From an uncultured Clostridia bacterium (lineage in GTDB: Bacteria; Bacillota; Clostridia; Christensenellales; Borkfalkiaceae), in the NCBI GenBank assembly GCA_905235815.1, contig CAJOMT010000003.1, positions 190 to 64,189 of the forward strand: a stretch of 64,000 bases of DNA, given 5' to 3'. A program made the translations under genes and the position numbers. Below, one piece after another: positions 49,448 to 59,050 of the stretch; positions within the stretch are counted from its first letter, which is position 1; each line of letters starts with the position of its first letter. A model generated the notes under the pieces. The model had not been told where the DNA came from and made no database searches. It saw only the letters and a program-made list of their open reading frames with translations.

Positions 49448-51991
49448 ATGGCAAAATCAAGAAGAGTATTAAACGTACTCGTCTCATTGATGTTGGTATT
49501 GTGCTTGTCGCTGTTTGCCGCTTGCGGTAACGGAGCAGACAACGGCAGTGAAAGCAGTACCGAAAGTAGCTCAGAAAGCGGTAGTGATACGCCTGTTGTA
49601 CATCCTGTTGGAATAAACGCCACAGTAGAAGGCAACAAGTATTCATTAAAACTCGGCGATACGGCTACGATAAAAGTAGAGGTAACCAATACCGAAAATA
49701 TAGGTTACACGCTTAAATCGTCCAACGAATCTATTTTAAGAGTATCGGCGAACGGTTTGGTAGAAGTTGTAGCAGATCCGGACTATACTACGTATATAGT
49801 AGTAACTGCGACTGCGAATGCGGACAAGACTAAAACGGCGAACGTAGAATTTAAAGTAAATTCGTCTAAAGTAACGCCGGGACAGATCAACGGCGCTAAC
49901 GGAAGTAAGCTTACTTCCGAAATGATAGCGGCGCTCGGCAATGAAAGTATTACCGTAAGCGGAACTGTCGAGGATATATACGACATTTATTCGACTGATG
50001 GTATCGAAAGCAGTCAGGTTTACGAATACGAAGTAAAGATGGAGCCTGATAAGTGGTACGGCTATTGGAAAGCTGCCGAAGAAGACGGCGAGCCTGTTGA
50101 AGGCGCTGAACCGATGATGAACTTCTATCAAAGAGGCGACACGATGGTAGTAACTCAGGTAGAAGACGAATACGGCACGGCGAGCAAAGCTGAAGGCTAT
50201 CCTCTCCAAGAGTTATACATAAATATGAAGAATGAAGTCGTTGCGGAAAACGTAACCGACTATCTCAGCCGCGCTGCGCTTTGGTCTAATCAACACCTTT
50301 GGAATCACCTTTCCGAACTCGTAGCGAACGAAAATTGGACTGAAAAAGCCGAGTATATCGAGGAAGACGACGTATATGTTTATACTGCGGACTTAAATTC
50401 GAGCGAATGGTATTTAATGGCTTATTTAGCAGTTTCGTTCACACCGATATTAGGTGGTGCAGATGCGTTTTCTTCTTTGGAATTCTACGTTGAAGACGGC
50501 GAAATTACGCGAATAATCGCTTACAGTGAAGTAAACAACTATTATGGCGAAGATGATGAAGTTTTAGCGGGCGAATATACCGTTACCACTCTTAATTTCT
50601 CAAACGTTGGAACTACTAAAGTTCCGGCTCCTGCGGCTTACACCGTACCCGAAGACGAGGCTGAAGAATATGCGGCGTTAACTTCCGCACTTGGCAAGAT
50701 GAAGAATGCAAACAGTTATTATTTCAAGACCAGTGACAGAACGACTTACGCAATGCAGGGCGATCCCGATGATTATTCGATAGTCAACGATTCTGTAAAC
50801 AGAGAAATTTACGCTTTGGCTAAAACTTCTCCGGACGTATATCAATATGCTGCTTCTTCGAGCGGCACTGTCGGATTGGAAGGCTATGTAACCAATGACG
50901 GTATATATCTTATAAAGACCGGCGAATATACTTACACGATGGACGGCAATAATTATTTCAAAGAAGTTTCCGGTTACAGACAGTTCACCGTAGAAGGCGG
51001 AGACGACTATTTCGAATATTTCGAACCTCACTATGATAGCGATAAAGGAAGATATTATTTCGAGGGCAAGACTCGTACTTACGGTACTCTTAAAGATAAA
51101 ATCATACCCGGCTTTGACTTTGCGCCTGAAATATTCGAATACAGAGGCACTACGAAAGTAAACGGAGCGAATATGTATCAATTTGCATTGAGAGCTGCAA
51201 ACGTAACGTCTGAAGTTGCTCAGCAGATAAGTATGTATTCTTATGCTAAAGACGCTACGGCTTTGGCTAATTCGATTCTTACGATAACCGTAACCAAGAA
51301 CGGCGAACTCTATTCGACGTCTTATCCTTATAGTATTTACGATATATACAGAGGAATTTGCACGACCACTTATTCGAATATAAACGATACCGAAATTGAT
51401 CCCGACGTATTCAGCGACGAAAACTATATTTCCAAAAATTATAGTTTTGACTGGGCTGATTATAAGGTAAAATACTACGATTATTATCATGAATATGAAG
51501 ATGCGAACGGCAATAAGACTCATAACTGGCTCCGTAATGACAATTATACCGGTGCTCAGCTTATAGCCGAAATTGCCAGTGACAGACACAACAATTTCGA
51601 CAAGGATATGCCGGATCTCGAATTCGCTTATAATGCGTTCGGCAACTTCTACGGTCCGTTCTTCGATTATGATTATGATCTTACTACGGATGCAAACGGT
51701 ATAAGTTATTATGAGAAGTCGTTCACGCTTACCGCATCTACCGATAAGTGCGACTCCAACAGTCAGATAACCACTAAGACTTTCTTAGAGATAGTAGACG
51801 GAATTACAACTGATTTGGCGAAATTCGGCTTTGTTTTGGATGAAAACAATTCCCGTCTTGACGGCGGTACGACCGGTAGACAGACAAACTATGCAACGTT
51901 CGTACATGGCGACGTTATGATAGTTGTCGAAAACAACTTCACCAAGAATTTCTGGATCAATTTCTACGTCAACGGCGACTGGTCTCTTTAA
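49448..51991 (+). CDS. Lipoprotein, distant paralog of the preceding gene (847 aa)
   Basis: ATG at 49448 behind GGAGG. Lipobox LFAAC, S/E-rich stalk, Ig-like N-domain. Shares IIPGFDFAPEIF with IKPSFMYAPEIF of the 47054 gene. Confidence 0.8.
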   Translation: MAKSRRVLNVLVSLMLVLCLSLFAACGNGADNGSESSTESSSESGSDTPVVHPVGINATVEGNKYSLKLGDTATIKVEVTNTENIGYTLKSSNESILRVSANGLVEVVADPDYTTYIVVTATANADKTKTANVEFKVNSSKVTPGQINGANGSKLTSEMIAALGNESITVSGTVEDIYDIYSTDGIESSQVYEYEVKMEPDKWYGYWKAAEEDGEPVEGAEPMMNFYQRGDTMVVTQVEDEYGTASKAEGYPLQELYINMKNEVVAENVTDYLSRAALWSNQHLWNHLSELVANENWTEKAEYIEEDDVYVYTADLNSSEWYLMAYLAVSFTPILGGADAFSSLEFYVEDGEITRIIAYSEVNNYYGEDDEVLAGEYTVTTLNFSNVGTTKVPAPAAYTVPEDEAEEYAALTSALGKMKNANSYYFKTSDRTTYAMQGDPDDYSIVNDSVNREIYALAKTSPDVYQYAASSSGTVGLEGYVTNDGIYLIKTGEYTYTMDGNNYFKEVSGYRQFTVEGGDDYFEYFEPHYDSDKGRYYFEGKTRTYGTLKDKIIPGFDFAPEIFEYRGTTKVNGANMYQFALRAANVTSEVAQQISMYSYAKDATALANSILTITVTKNGELYSTSYPYSIYDIYRGICTTTYSNINDTEIDPDVFSDENYISKNYSFDWADYKVKYYDYYHEYEDANGNKTHNWLRNDNYTGAQLIAEIASDRHNNFDKDMPDLEFAYNAFGNFYGPFFDYDYDLTTDANGISYYEKSFTLTASTDKCDSNSQITTKTFLEIVDGITTDLAKFGFVLDENNSRLDGGTTGRQTNYATFVHGDVMIVVENNFTKNFWINFYVNGDWSL

Positions 51992-51997
51992 TAATTG

Positions 51998-52032
51998 TGC
52001 GGTATCGCATGCATTTTGCAAGCGATACCGCA
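51998..52032 (+). other. Intercistronic stem-loop without U-tract
   Basis: TGCGGTATCGC ... GCGATACCGCA, 11 bp perfect plus 3 inner pairs. Confidence 0.6.
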
Positions 52033-52045
52033 AATAGGAGAAATT

Positions 52046-53632
52046 ATGAAAAAAAAGATATTGGCGATTTTATTTTCGATCGCAATGATATCCGTTTTGG
52101 TGTTTGCTGCGTCTTGTGCGAGCGGAGAAAAAACTCCTAAAGGCAATTCTTCAAGTGCCGGCACGGAAGTAACGTCTGATACTCAATCGGGTTCGGAAAA
52201 TAACGACGAAACGGATAGCGGTTCGGAAACAGAAACAGATCCGGTAGATGACAGACCGGATTATACGGGCAACGACATTGTCGGCGAATACAGAGTATTT
52301 ATGAACAATATGACCGGCGTACATACTAATCCGTACACTTTGAAAATCAACAGTAAATTGGAAGTAAGCGGAACTACTTTCGGTGAAACCGAAGTTACGG
52401 GTTTCAGAGGCGGTGCAGGCGTAGTCTGGATAGACGGCAAATATACGTACTATAACGGCAACGGTTTAATCGTTTCGGTAGTAAACAAAAACTATGCGTC
52501 TTTGTCGGCAACCGACTGCGTATATATCGGAGTTAAAAACGGTGATTCGATAAGCGAGTATACAAACTTTAACTCGCATAGAACCAAACTCGTCAAATGG
52601 ACTATGGCAGACAGGTCTACGCTTACGGTTTTCGTATACGGCAACTCGGTTTACACAAACGTTACGTTTGAATCCGATCCGTCGGTCAAGAGCATTTCTT
52701 CCATTTGGAATGTCGATGAAGATAACGGCAGATTTACATATAAAGTAAATACTCTTACCGTTTATGACAGTAACGGCAAAAAAATTGAGACTTTTGCGAA
52801 TAATGGTTCCGATCTTAAAGTATCTGACGGCTATAACGGCACTTATGCGTTTTTGAGTAACGGAATGTTAAATACCGAAGGTAAAACCGATATTTACTTA
52901 AACGGCGTAGGCGGCATAACCGTAAACGACAAGGAGTATTCCTATACGATAGATAAGGACAGACTCACCTTTAACGGTCAAACCGTTATATTGGATAAAG
53001 AGAATATGACTTATCACTACGTTTCTGACGGATTCGGCGGCACGTATAAAAACGGCGACGATACTCTTACGTTGGACGGATACGGCACGGCTATTTTGCC
53101 TGACGGTAATATGGCTACTTACGAAATAGTGTCCGGTATGGCGAAAATAATATCGGGCGGTGTAACTTATCGTTATAATCTTGACGTAGACGCTTTAACG
53201 TATTCAGAGTACGATCCGTCTAAGCTTCCGGCGTTTGCGGGTTGGAGTTTTACGGGACATGCTATTCCTTCTTCATTCATTTACGATTCGGATAGTGAAG
53301 ACGATGAGGAGTACTATGGCGACGAATCCGTAGTGACGAGTATAACCTTTTCGACCGAAGATCAGACTTTAACCATAGTTAGCACGCATTGGAGCGGATA
53401 TAAATATATAGATATAACCGCAAGTTATACTTATGACGTTGATAATAAGACGATAGAGTTTACTCATCAAGGCAAAACGGTCAAGATGAAATTTTCTTCT
53501 ACGCTTGCGTCATTGGTGGCTTATGATGCCGATTATGCGAGCGTATACGGAACCGGTTCCAGCCCGACTACTTATTGTTTCTATCATATAGATTCGGGAA
53601 AAACCATATATTACGTATTTTCAAAGCAATAA
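52046..53632 (+). CDS. Lipoprotein carrying one copy of the novel GTY/LDGxG module (528 aa)
   Basis: ATG at 52046 behind AGGAG. Lipobox FAASC; S/T/E/D stalk. Motifs SDGYNGTYAF...IYLNGVGGITV and SDGFGGTYKNGDDTLTLDGYGTAIL. Confidence 0.8.
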   Translation: MKKKILAILFSIAMISVLVFAASCASGEKTPKGNSSSAGTEVTSDTQSGSENNDETDSGSETETDPVDDRPDYTGNDIVGEYRVFMNNMTGVHTNPYTLKINSKLEVSGTTFGETEVTGFRGGAGVVWIDGKYTYYNGNGLIVSVVNKNYASLSATDCVYIGVKNGDSISEYTNFNSHRTKLVKWTMADRSTLTVFVYGNSVYTNVTFESDPSVKSISSIWNVDEDNGRFTYKVNTLTVYDSNGKKIETFANNGSDLKVSDGYNGTYAFLSNGMLNTEGKTDIYLNGVGGITVNDKEYSYTIDKDRLTFNGQTVILDKENMTYHYVSDGFGGTYKNGDDTLTLDGYGTAILPDGNMATYEIVSGMAKIISGGVTYRYNLDVDALTYSEYDPSKLPAFAGWSFTGHAIPSSFIYDSDSEDDEEYYGDESVVTSITFSTEDQTLTIVSTHWSGYKYIDITASYTYDVDNKTIEFTHQGKTVKMKFSSTLASLVAYDADYASVYGTGSSPTTYCFYHIDSGKTIYYVFSKQ

Positions 53633-53645
53633 AACTTGTTTTCTA

Positions 53646-53677
53646 AATATTCCGCTTTTCGCCGAAAGCGGAATATT
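53646..53677 (+). other. Intercistronic stem-loop
   Basis: AATATTCCGCTTT-TCGCCG-AAAGCGGAATATT, 13 bp perfect. Confidence 0.6.
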
Positions 53678-53719
53678 CGGATAAATATTTAAAAATTAAT
53701 ATTTTATGGAGGTAAAACA

Positions 53720-56700
53720 ATGAAACTTAAAAAGAGTGCAATTGTAATGTTAATTGCAATTTTCTCTCTTGCAACGGTTTTAATGGCGAGCTGCGGCACG
53801 GTAGAACAGATCATGCCGCCGGATCATTCGATAACAATCGAAGCGCCCGATCCGATCGCCCACAATAAAACTGTTGCGCTCGTACCCGCAATTGACGGTT
53901 TAGAAGACGTTGAATTCAATTTTTCGTCTGATAACGAAGACGTTGCGACGGTAGATGAAGACGGCGTTGTGAAGGGTTTAGCAGTCGGAACTGCAAACAT
54001 TACTATCACCGCTACCGTTTTGGGAGTAAGAACAGAGGAACTTTCCGCTACGGTAAAGGTTACCGTTACACATTCATACGGCGAATATGAATACGTAACC
54101 GTGCCTGATTTCGAACATGACGGCGTTGCAAGCAGAGTGTGCGAATATGACGGCGATATCGAATATGCCACCGTACCTGATTTAAACGATGAGTCGTGGA
54201 CTGTATCTGCGGAAAAGTCTATTGCTCCCACGTATTTAGATAATGGTACCGACGTGTACGTACACGATGAATTCCCCGATGTGGAAATTTCGACCGATAC
54301 AGTGGCAATGCCGGCATACGTTGGTCAACATTACACCATTACTACGCTTTATGAAAGCGGCAATATGGATCTTTACAGAATGAATGATTTTATCGTTTCC
54401 GAAATGGCAGCGAATTTCGACTGCACGGCGGAAATGATTGCCGACGACTCGCGTGTGGTTGATTGCTTCGGCAGCGGCGCTGCGTTTCACGATCATTCGG
54501 CTGAAGATGGTTCGTTTACGATATCTTATGTCGGAAAAGATTATACGGCGTATATCGATGCGGCTACCGGAATAATCGTTGAAGTCGAGAGCAAAAATCA
54601 TTATGTAAACATTGCATTTCCGACTACGCGTGATAATGGCGCTTCTACCGATTATCTCAGTTCAAAGAGGAGAGAGGGTGATTATGCCTTTGGCGTATTT
54701 AACGGCGGAAAGGACTATTTTGTCGAATTTAAATTTGACAACGATGGTGTGATAAGTATTTACGCCAACGAAGAATTAGTCGTATTCGGCGCAGAACTTA
54801 AAGCTGACGGAGAAGATATCCATGTTGCCGATTTGGCGGATAATAACTTTGTCGACGTACTGTTCGACGGTAAATATTTGGCTAATTACGGCAGAAAAGA
54901 TGGCAATTTAATTTCTCTCGATGGCTTAGAAGGCGAATATGCGTCGCATCTTGAAGTTATAGACGAACAATACGATGCATATACCGTTGCATTGGACGGT
55001 ATCGGCGGTATTTGTATCTTTGACGACGGCGAATTAAAATATAAAGGTACGTATGAGTTGACAGAAAATGCCGACTATATTGCCGACGTATATCTTGCAA
55101 ACGGCACAACTTATTTACGTCTCGTATCATTTGATAACGGAACGGTAAATTTAGTATATCCTTATGCAAGCTTGATATTAGAGTTGAACGGCGGAGAAGT
55201 TGTAGGTTCATCGACATTTAATGTAAATATAAACGTGCCGGCTGAAATAGAAACTCCGACTAAAGAGGGGTATGAATTCGTAGGCTGGTATGCGGATGAA
55301 AACTTTGAAACGCTTATCGGAAACAAGATAACTGTAGAAGAAGCTGGCGCAAATGTACATGTTTATGCTAAATATTTACCCAAAGTTACTCTTACAGTAT
55401 ATTTTGCGGTAGATGAAGGTAATGAAGAACCAAGAGTTTACGAGCATGGTCAAATTGCAGTTATTGAAACATATGATTTATACAACGAACTCGTAAGAGT
55501 TACCGGCTATAAAGAAAATTACTATGATTCTGAGCTTTACTACGCTTTTGATGCTTTCGCTTATGGCGACTCTGACAAAATAGCAGAGGGTGATTTTGCG
55601 GTCACTTCGGATATGGAAGCAATAACCGTCGCATGGACGTTTGCTCCTCCTTATGTGGGCTCTTTTTACGGTACTGAAGTGTGGTCTGCGTCGAGTGGCA
55701 ACAGTGGCAAATCTACGTTAACTATTGCAAAGTCTGGTTCTATAAGCGGACTTGTTACCGGGTATGTCTATAGATACGATGCCGCATCTCAAAAGATTTA
55801 TTGGACAAAAAACAAAGATGACGAAACTCCGAAAGGGTATTTCTTCTTTGATGCTGATTCCGGTATAATAGCAGGCGTATATTCTTCTATGGATAAAGAT
55901 ATCGGCTATGACGCTTACGTGCTTAGCAGAAATAACACCGATACGAACTATAAGTTTGCAGCAGCATACGGCGTATATGGTCCTGCTGTCGGTGATATGT
56001 CGGCAAATTATCTTGCTCACTTCTTTACGGTGCCGACGCCGGACGGCGGTACTGAAGAAGTCCTCGTATATGTAAATCACATTTATAGCGGTATAACTAT
56101 CAAAGATACCGCCGGCAACGAGTATAATACTTCGACAATCAAGAACGCAAAGACGCTTTTGGTTTACGATAAAGACGGAAATATCGTGTACACGGCAGCT
56201 ACGTCTGCAAATACGTTTAATGCGGGTAACGGCTCGAGTTATTACCTCATTTTAGACCTTTATTTCGGTACGTACACAAGTGATGGCGGCAAAGATATTA
56301 TTCTCGACGGCGTTGGTGGAATTTCTTACGACGGCAAGAACGGTACTTATGCTCTTTCCGACGGCGAGGATGATACTTTCGACGTATATTTGAATAACAG
56401 AACCGAATATTATCAGTTAACTATCGGCGACAATCATACTTATACCGCTATGGAAAAGGTTATGGTAAATCTTGCGTTTGATACGAACGCCGCCGTTACG
56501 AATGTTAACGTTGAAGCGGTTAGTGCAAATAAAAACATATCCATTGATCTACCATCGGTTGAAGATACTTCCGATTATGTATTCCGCGGCTGGTATGCGG
56601 ATGCAGAATTTGAAACCAAGTTAGAAAACGCTTATGTTCCGACTGAAAATGCGACTATTTACGGTAAATTCTTAGAAAGAGTAGATATAACCGTAAATTA

Positions 56701-59032
56701 CAACGGCGGCGCAGATGTTAGTGGCAATATAACCGTTTATGGCAAAGGCGAAACTACCGTGATAGGTAATCCGAAACTTGCAGGTCAAAAGTTTGCCGGT
56801 TGGTTCACTTCTGAAACCTTTGATGAAGGCACAGAATGGGTTAGCGGCGAAGCAATTTATGCTGACGTTGAAATCTTCGCTAAGTGGGTAGAGGCTCCGG
56901 CTTACTATCATACTTACGGCAACGTTCAGGTTTACGAAACTACCGGACTCGGTGGGGTTTCGTCAAAATACAGTTACAGTAGTGACGGCGCAATACTTGA
57001 TGTCAGTGCCGAAGGTACGGCTACCGCTACGGCATATCCGTTCAGGGGAGATGTAACCGTTTATTATACTGACGAAGACGCAGGACAACTTATTATAAAG
57101 GTTGGCTCATCGTCATACTATAAAGGGTATATTGACAAACCTACCGGTTTGATCGTAATGGCTTACAGTTCAAGTACTTCCGAAAGCGATGCTTTAGCGG
57201 CTCAGATTGGTCAAGTAACGTTACTTTCTCCATTTGAAACCGGAAGTTTAACGTCGCATATCTCGTCCTCATATTGGAATGGCGGAAATACGAGAGCTAT
57301 CGAGTATACTTATAATGATCATGTTTACGGTATATTAGTTCATGAAGGCGCAGTCTACTTCAACGTGGCGTTTGTTGATGAAAACGGTGATGCAATACCG
57401 GCGATAGATTGCTATGATGGTGATAAAGCCCCGTATATCAACGTTGTCGACGCAGGCGGAGAGAGTATTGTAGAACTCTATCATCTCCGCTTCGAGGTTA
57501 CGATAAACTATGGCGATAATAGTGGTTTAGAATCTAAGACATTCAACGCTCAAGACGGTGAGGTTTTGCAGGAAAGTGTTTACAAACCGTCAGGTTTAAA
57601 CACAGAAGGCAAAGCGTTTGCATATTGGTATCTCGACGACAGTAGTGTCGAATATGATTTTTCAACTCCTATTACTGGCGCATTAACAATTAATGCTGCG
57701 TGGAAAGACGCTGCCGCTCAATTCGGTGATTGGAAAGGTTGGAACTTCTATGGTTCAAATGCGGGTACAGCTTCACTTAGTGATAGCTATGCGTTCTCTG
57801 TGAACGCAGACGGCGTTATTTATCAAGGTATCGGAAGTAAGTTTAAAGATTATCATATTATAAATACCGAACTTCTCGACGGACCGGTAAATATTGCGAG
57901 CGGCTCTACTACGTACTATATGTATTACAATCAAGAAGCCGGTGTATTGTGGTCGCAATATAGTGGTAATTCTACGGGTGTTGGAACCGATACTGCGTTG
58001 TTCTTCTTACAATCCAATTTTAAATCTGCAACGTATGCAGGTAAGATTTGGAACAGTCATTACTTTGGTTTTGTAAATATCGTTTACAAAGATGACAGTA
58101 GTAAGACGATAATGTGTTATAACGATCGTATTTACGTTGTTACGTTCTTGACTGATGCTCGTGACAAGGAACTTACACTTTATAACGCTGACGGCACGAA
58201 GGTTTTCGCAGTCAAGAATGGTAGTACGATATTGTTTAACGACGGCCTTGGAGGTACATATACAAGCGGCGACGATCAACTTGTTGTAGACGGTTTTGGC
58301 ATAATGACTTTAAACGACGATGATTTTAATTACAATAAGTGTGGCGATAACGTTATCTCTTATGTTGTCGAAGGAATATATCACGAAATAGTTCTTAACG
58401 GCGATACTTTTGAGGACGAAGTTGCAAATTGTACGGTAAGTTTTAATCTCGGCGATGTCGAGGGTTCTGTGGATCCGATAATTGCGAATAAGACTTCCTC
58501 AATAGTTTTGCCGGGCGCGGACGGCGGAGATTTGATTTTCTCCGGTTGGTATGAAGACGAAGATTTGACGATTTTTGCAGGCGCTGATGGGGCTTCTTAT
58601 ACGGTAAACTCTGATATAGTCTTATATGCTAAGTGGTCCACGGAAGCATACGCTATTGCTACGAGCAGTCGGTATCCTTGGACTTATAATGAAGAAAATG
58701 CAGAATGGACTTGCGGTAATCACAATGTTCATTCTTCTGAGTCAACCATAACCATTACTGCCTATACGGCTATTACCATTACGTTCGATTATGCTTGTGA
58801 TTCCGAGAATGCAGAGAAATGGGATTATTTCTCAATTACATTAAACAATTCAGAGCTATTGAAAGCCGGTGGTAAGGTCGGTGCATTGAATTATAAAGAT
58901 TATTCGGTGACATTGGCTGCTGGGGACAAATTAGTTCTTAAATACCAGAAAGATAGTTCTACCAATAGTGATTTGGATATTGCTAAGATTAAAAACTTTA
59001 AAATCAACGGACAATTGATTGTCGAGATTTAA
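53720..59032 (+). CDS. Giant lipoprotein (1770 aa): Big_2 domain, four copies of the novel module alternating with five Listeria-Bacteroides-type repeats, C-terminal jelly-roll-like domain
   Basis: Lipobox LMASC. Big_2-like VATVDEDGVVKGLAVGTANITITA. LB-type repeats end in EGYEFVGWYAD...VYAKY, YVFRGWYAD...IYGKF, QKFAGWFTS...IFAKW, KAFAYWYLD...INAAW, LIFSGWYED...LYAKW. Confidence 0.85.
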   Translation: MKLKKSAIVMLIAIFSLATVLMASCGTVEQIMPPDHSITIEAPDPIAHNKTVALVPAIDGLEDVEFNFSSDNEDVATVDEDGVVKGLAVGTANITITATVLGVRTEELSATVKVTVTHSYGEYEYVTVPDFEHDGVASRVCEYDGDIEYATVPDLNDESWTVSAEKSIAPTYLDNGTDVYVHDEFPDVEISTDTVAMPAYVGQHYTITTLYESGNMDLYRMNDFIVSEMAANFDCTAEMIADDSRVVDCFGSGAAFHDHSAEDGSFTISYVGKDYTAYIDAATGIIVEVESKNHYVNIAFPTTRDNGASTDYLSSKRREGDYAFGVFNGGKDYFVEFKFDNDGVISIYANEELVVFGAELKADGEDIHVADLADNNFVDVLFDGKYLANYGRKDGNLISLDGLEGEYASHLEVIDEQYDAYTVALDGIGGICIFDDGELKYKGTYELTENADYIADVYLANGTTYLRLVSFDNGTVNLVYPYASLILELNGGEVVGSSTFNVNINVPAEIETPTKEGYEFVGWYADENFETLIGNKITVEEAGANVHVYAKYLPKVTLTVYFAVDEGNEEPRVYEHGQIAVIETYDLYNELVRVTGYKENYYDSELYYAFDAFAYGDSDKIAEGDFAVTSDMEAITVAWTFAPPYVGSFYGTEVWSASSGNSGKSTLTIAKSGSISGLVTGYVYRYDAASQKIYWTKNKDDETPKGYFFFDADSGIIAGVYSSMDKDIGYDAYVLSRNNTDTNYKFAAAYGVYGPAVGDMSANYLAHFFTVPTPDGGTEEVLVYVNHIYSGITIKDTAGNEYNTSTIKNAKTLLVYDKDGNIVYTAATSANTFNAGNGSSYYLILDLYFGTYTSDGGKDIILDGVGGISYDGKNGTYALSDGEDDTFDVYLNNRTEYYQLTIGDNHTYTAMEKVMVNLAFDTNAAVTNVNVEAVSANKNISIDLPSVEDTSDYVFRGWYADAEFETKLENAYVPTENATIYGKFLERVDITVNYNGGADVSGNITVYGKGETTVIGNPKLAGQKFAGWFTSETFDEGTEWVSGEAIYADVEIFAKWVEAPAYYHTYGNVQVYETTGLGGVSSKYSYSSDGAILDVSAEGTATATAYPFRGDVTVYYTDEDAGQLIIKVGSSSYYKGYIDKPTGLIVMAYSSSTSESDALAAQIGQVTLLSPFETGSLTSHISSSYWNGGNTRAIEYTYNDHVYGILVHEGAVYFNVAFVDENGDAIPAIDCYDGDKAPYINVVDAGGESIVELYHLRFEVTINYGDNSGLESKTFNAQDGEVLQESVYKPSGLNTEGKAFAYWYLDDSSVEYDFSTPITGALTINAAWKDAAAQFGDWKGWNFYGSNAGTASLSDSYAFSVNADGVIYQGIGSKFKDYHIINTELLDGPVNIASGSTTYYMYYNQEAGVLWSQYSGNSTGVGTDTALFFLQSNFKSATYAGKIWNSHYFGFVNIVYKDDSSKTIMCYNDRIYVVTFLTDARDKELTLYNADGTKVFAVKNGSTILFNDGLGGTYTSGDDQLVVDGFGIMTLNDDDFNYNKCGDNVISYVVEGIYHEIVLNGDTFEDEVANCTVSFNLGDVEGSVDPIIANKTSSIVLPGADGGDLIFSGWYEDEDLTIFAGADGASYTVNSDIVLYAKWSTEAYAIATSSRYPWTYNEENAEWTCGNHNVHSSESTITITAYTAITITFDYACDSENAEKWDYFSITLNNSELLKAGGKVGALNYKDYSVTLAAGDKLVLKYQKDSSTNSDLDIAKIKNFKINGQLIVEI

Positions 59033-59050
59033 TATTTTAGCAATCTATTA

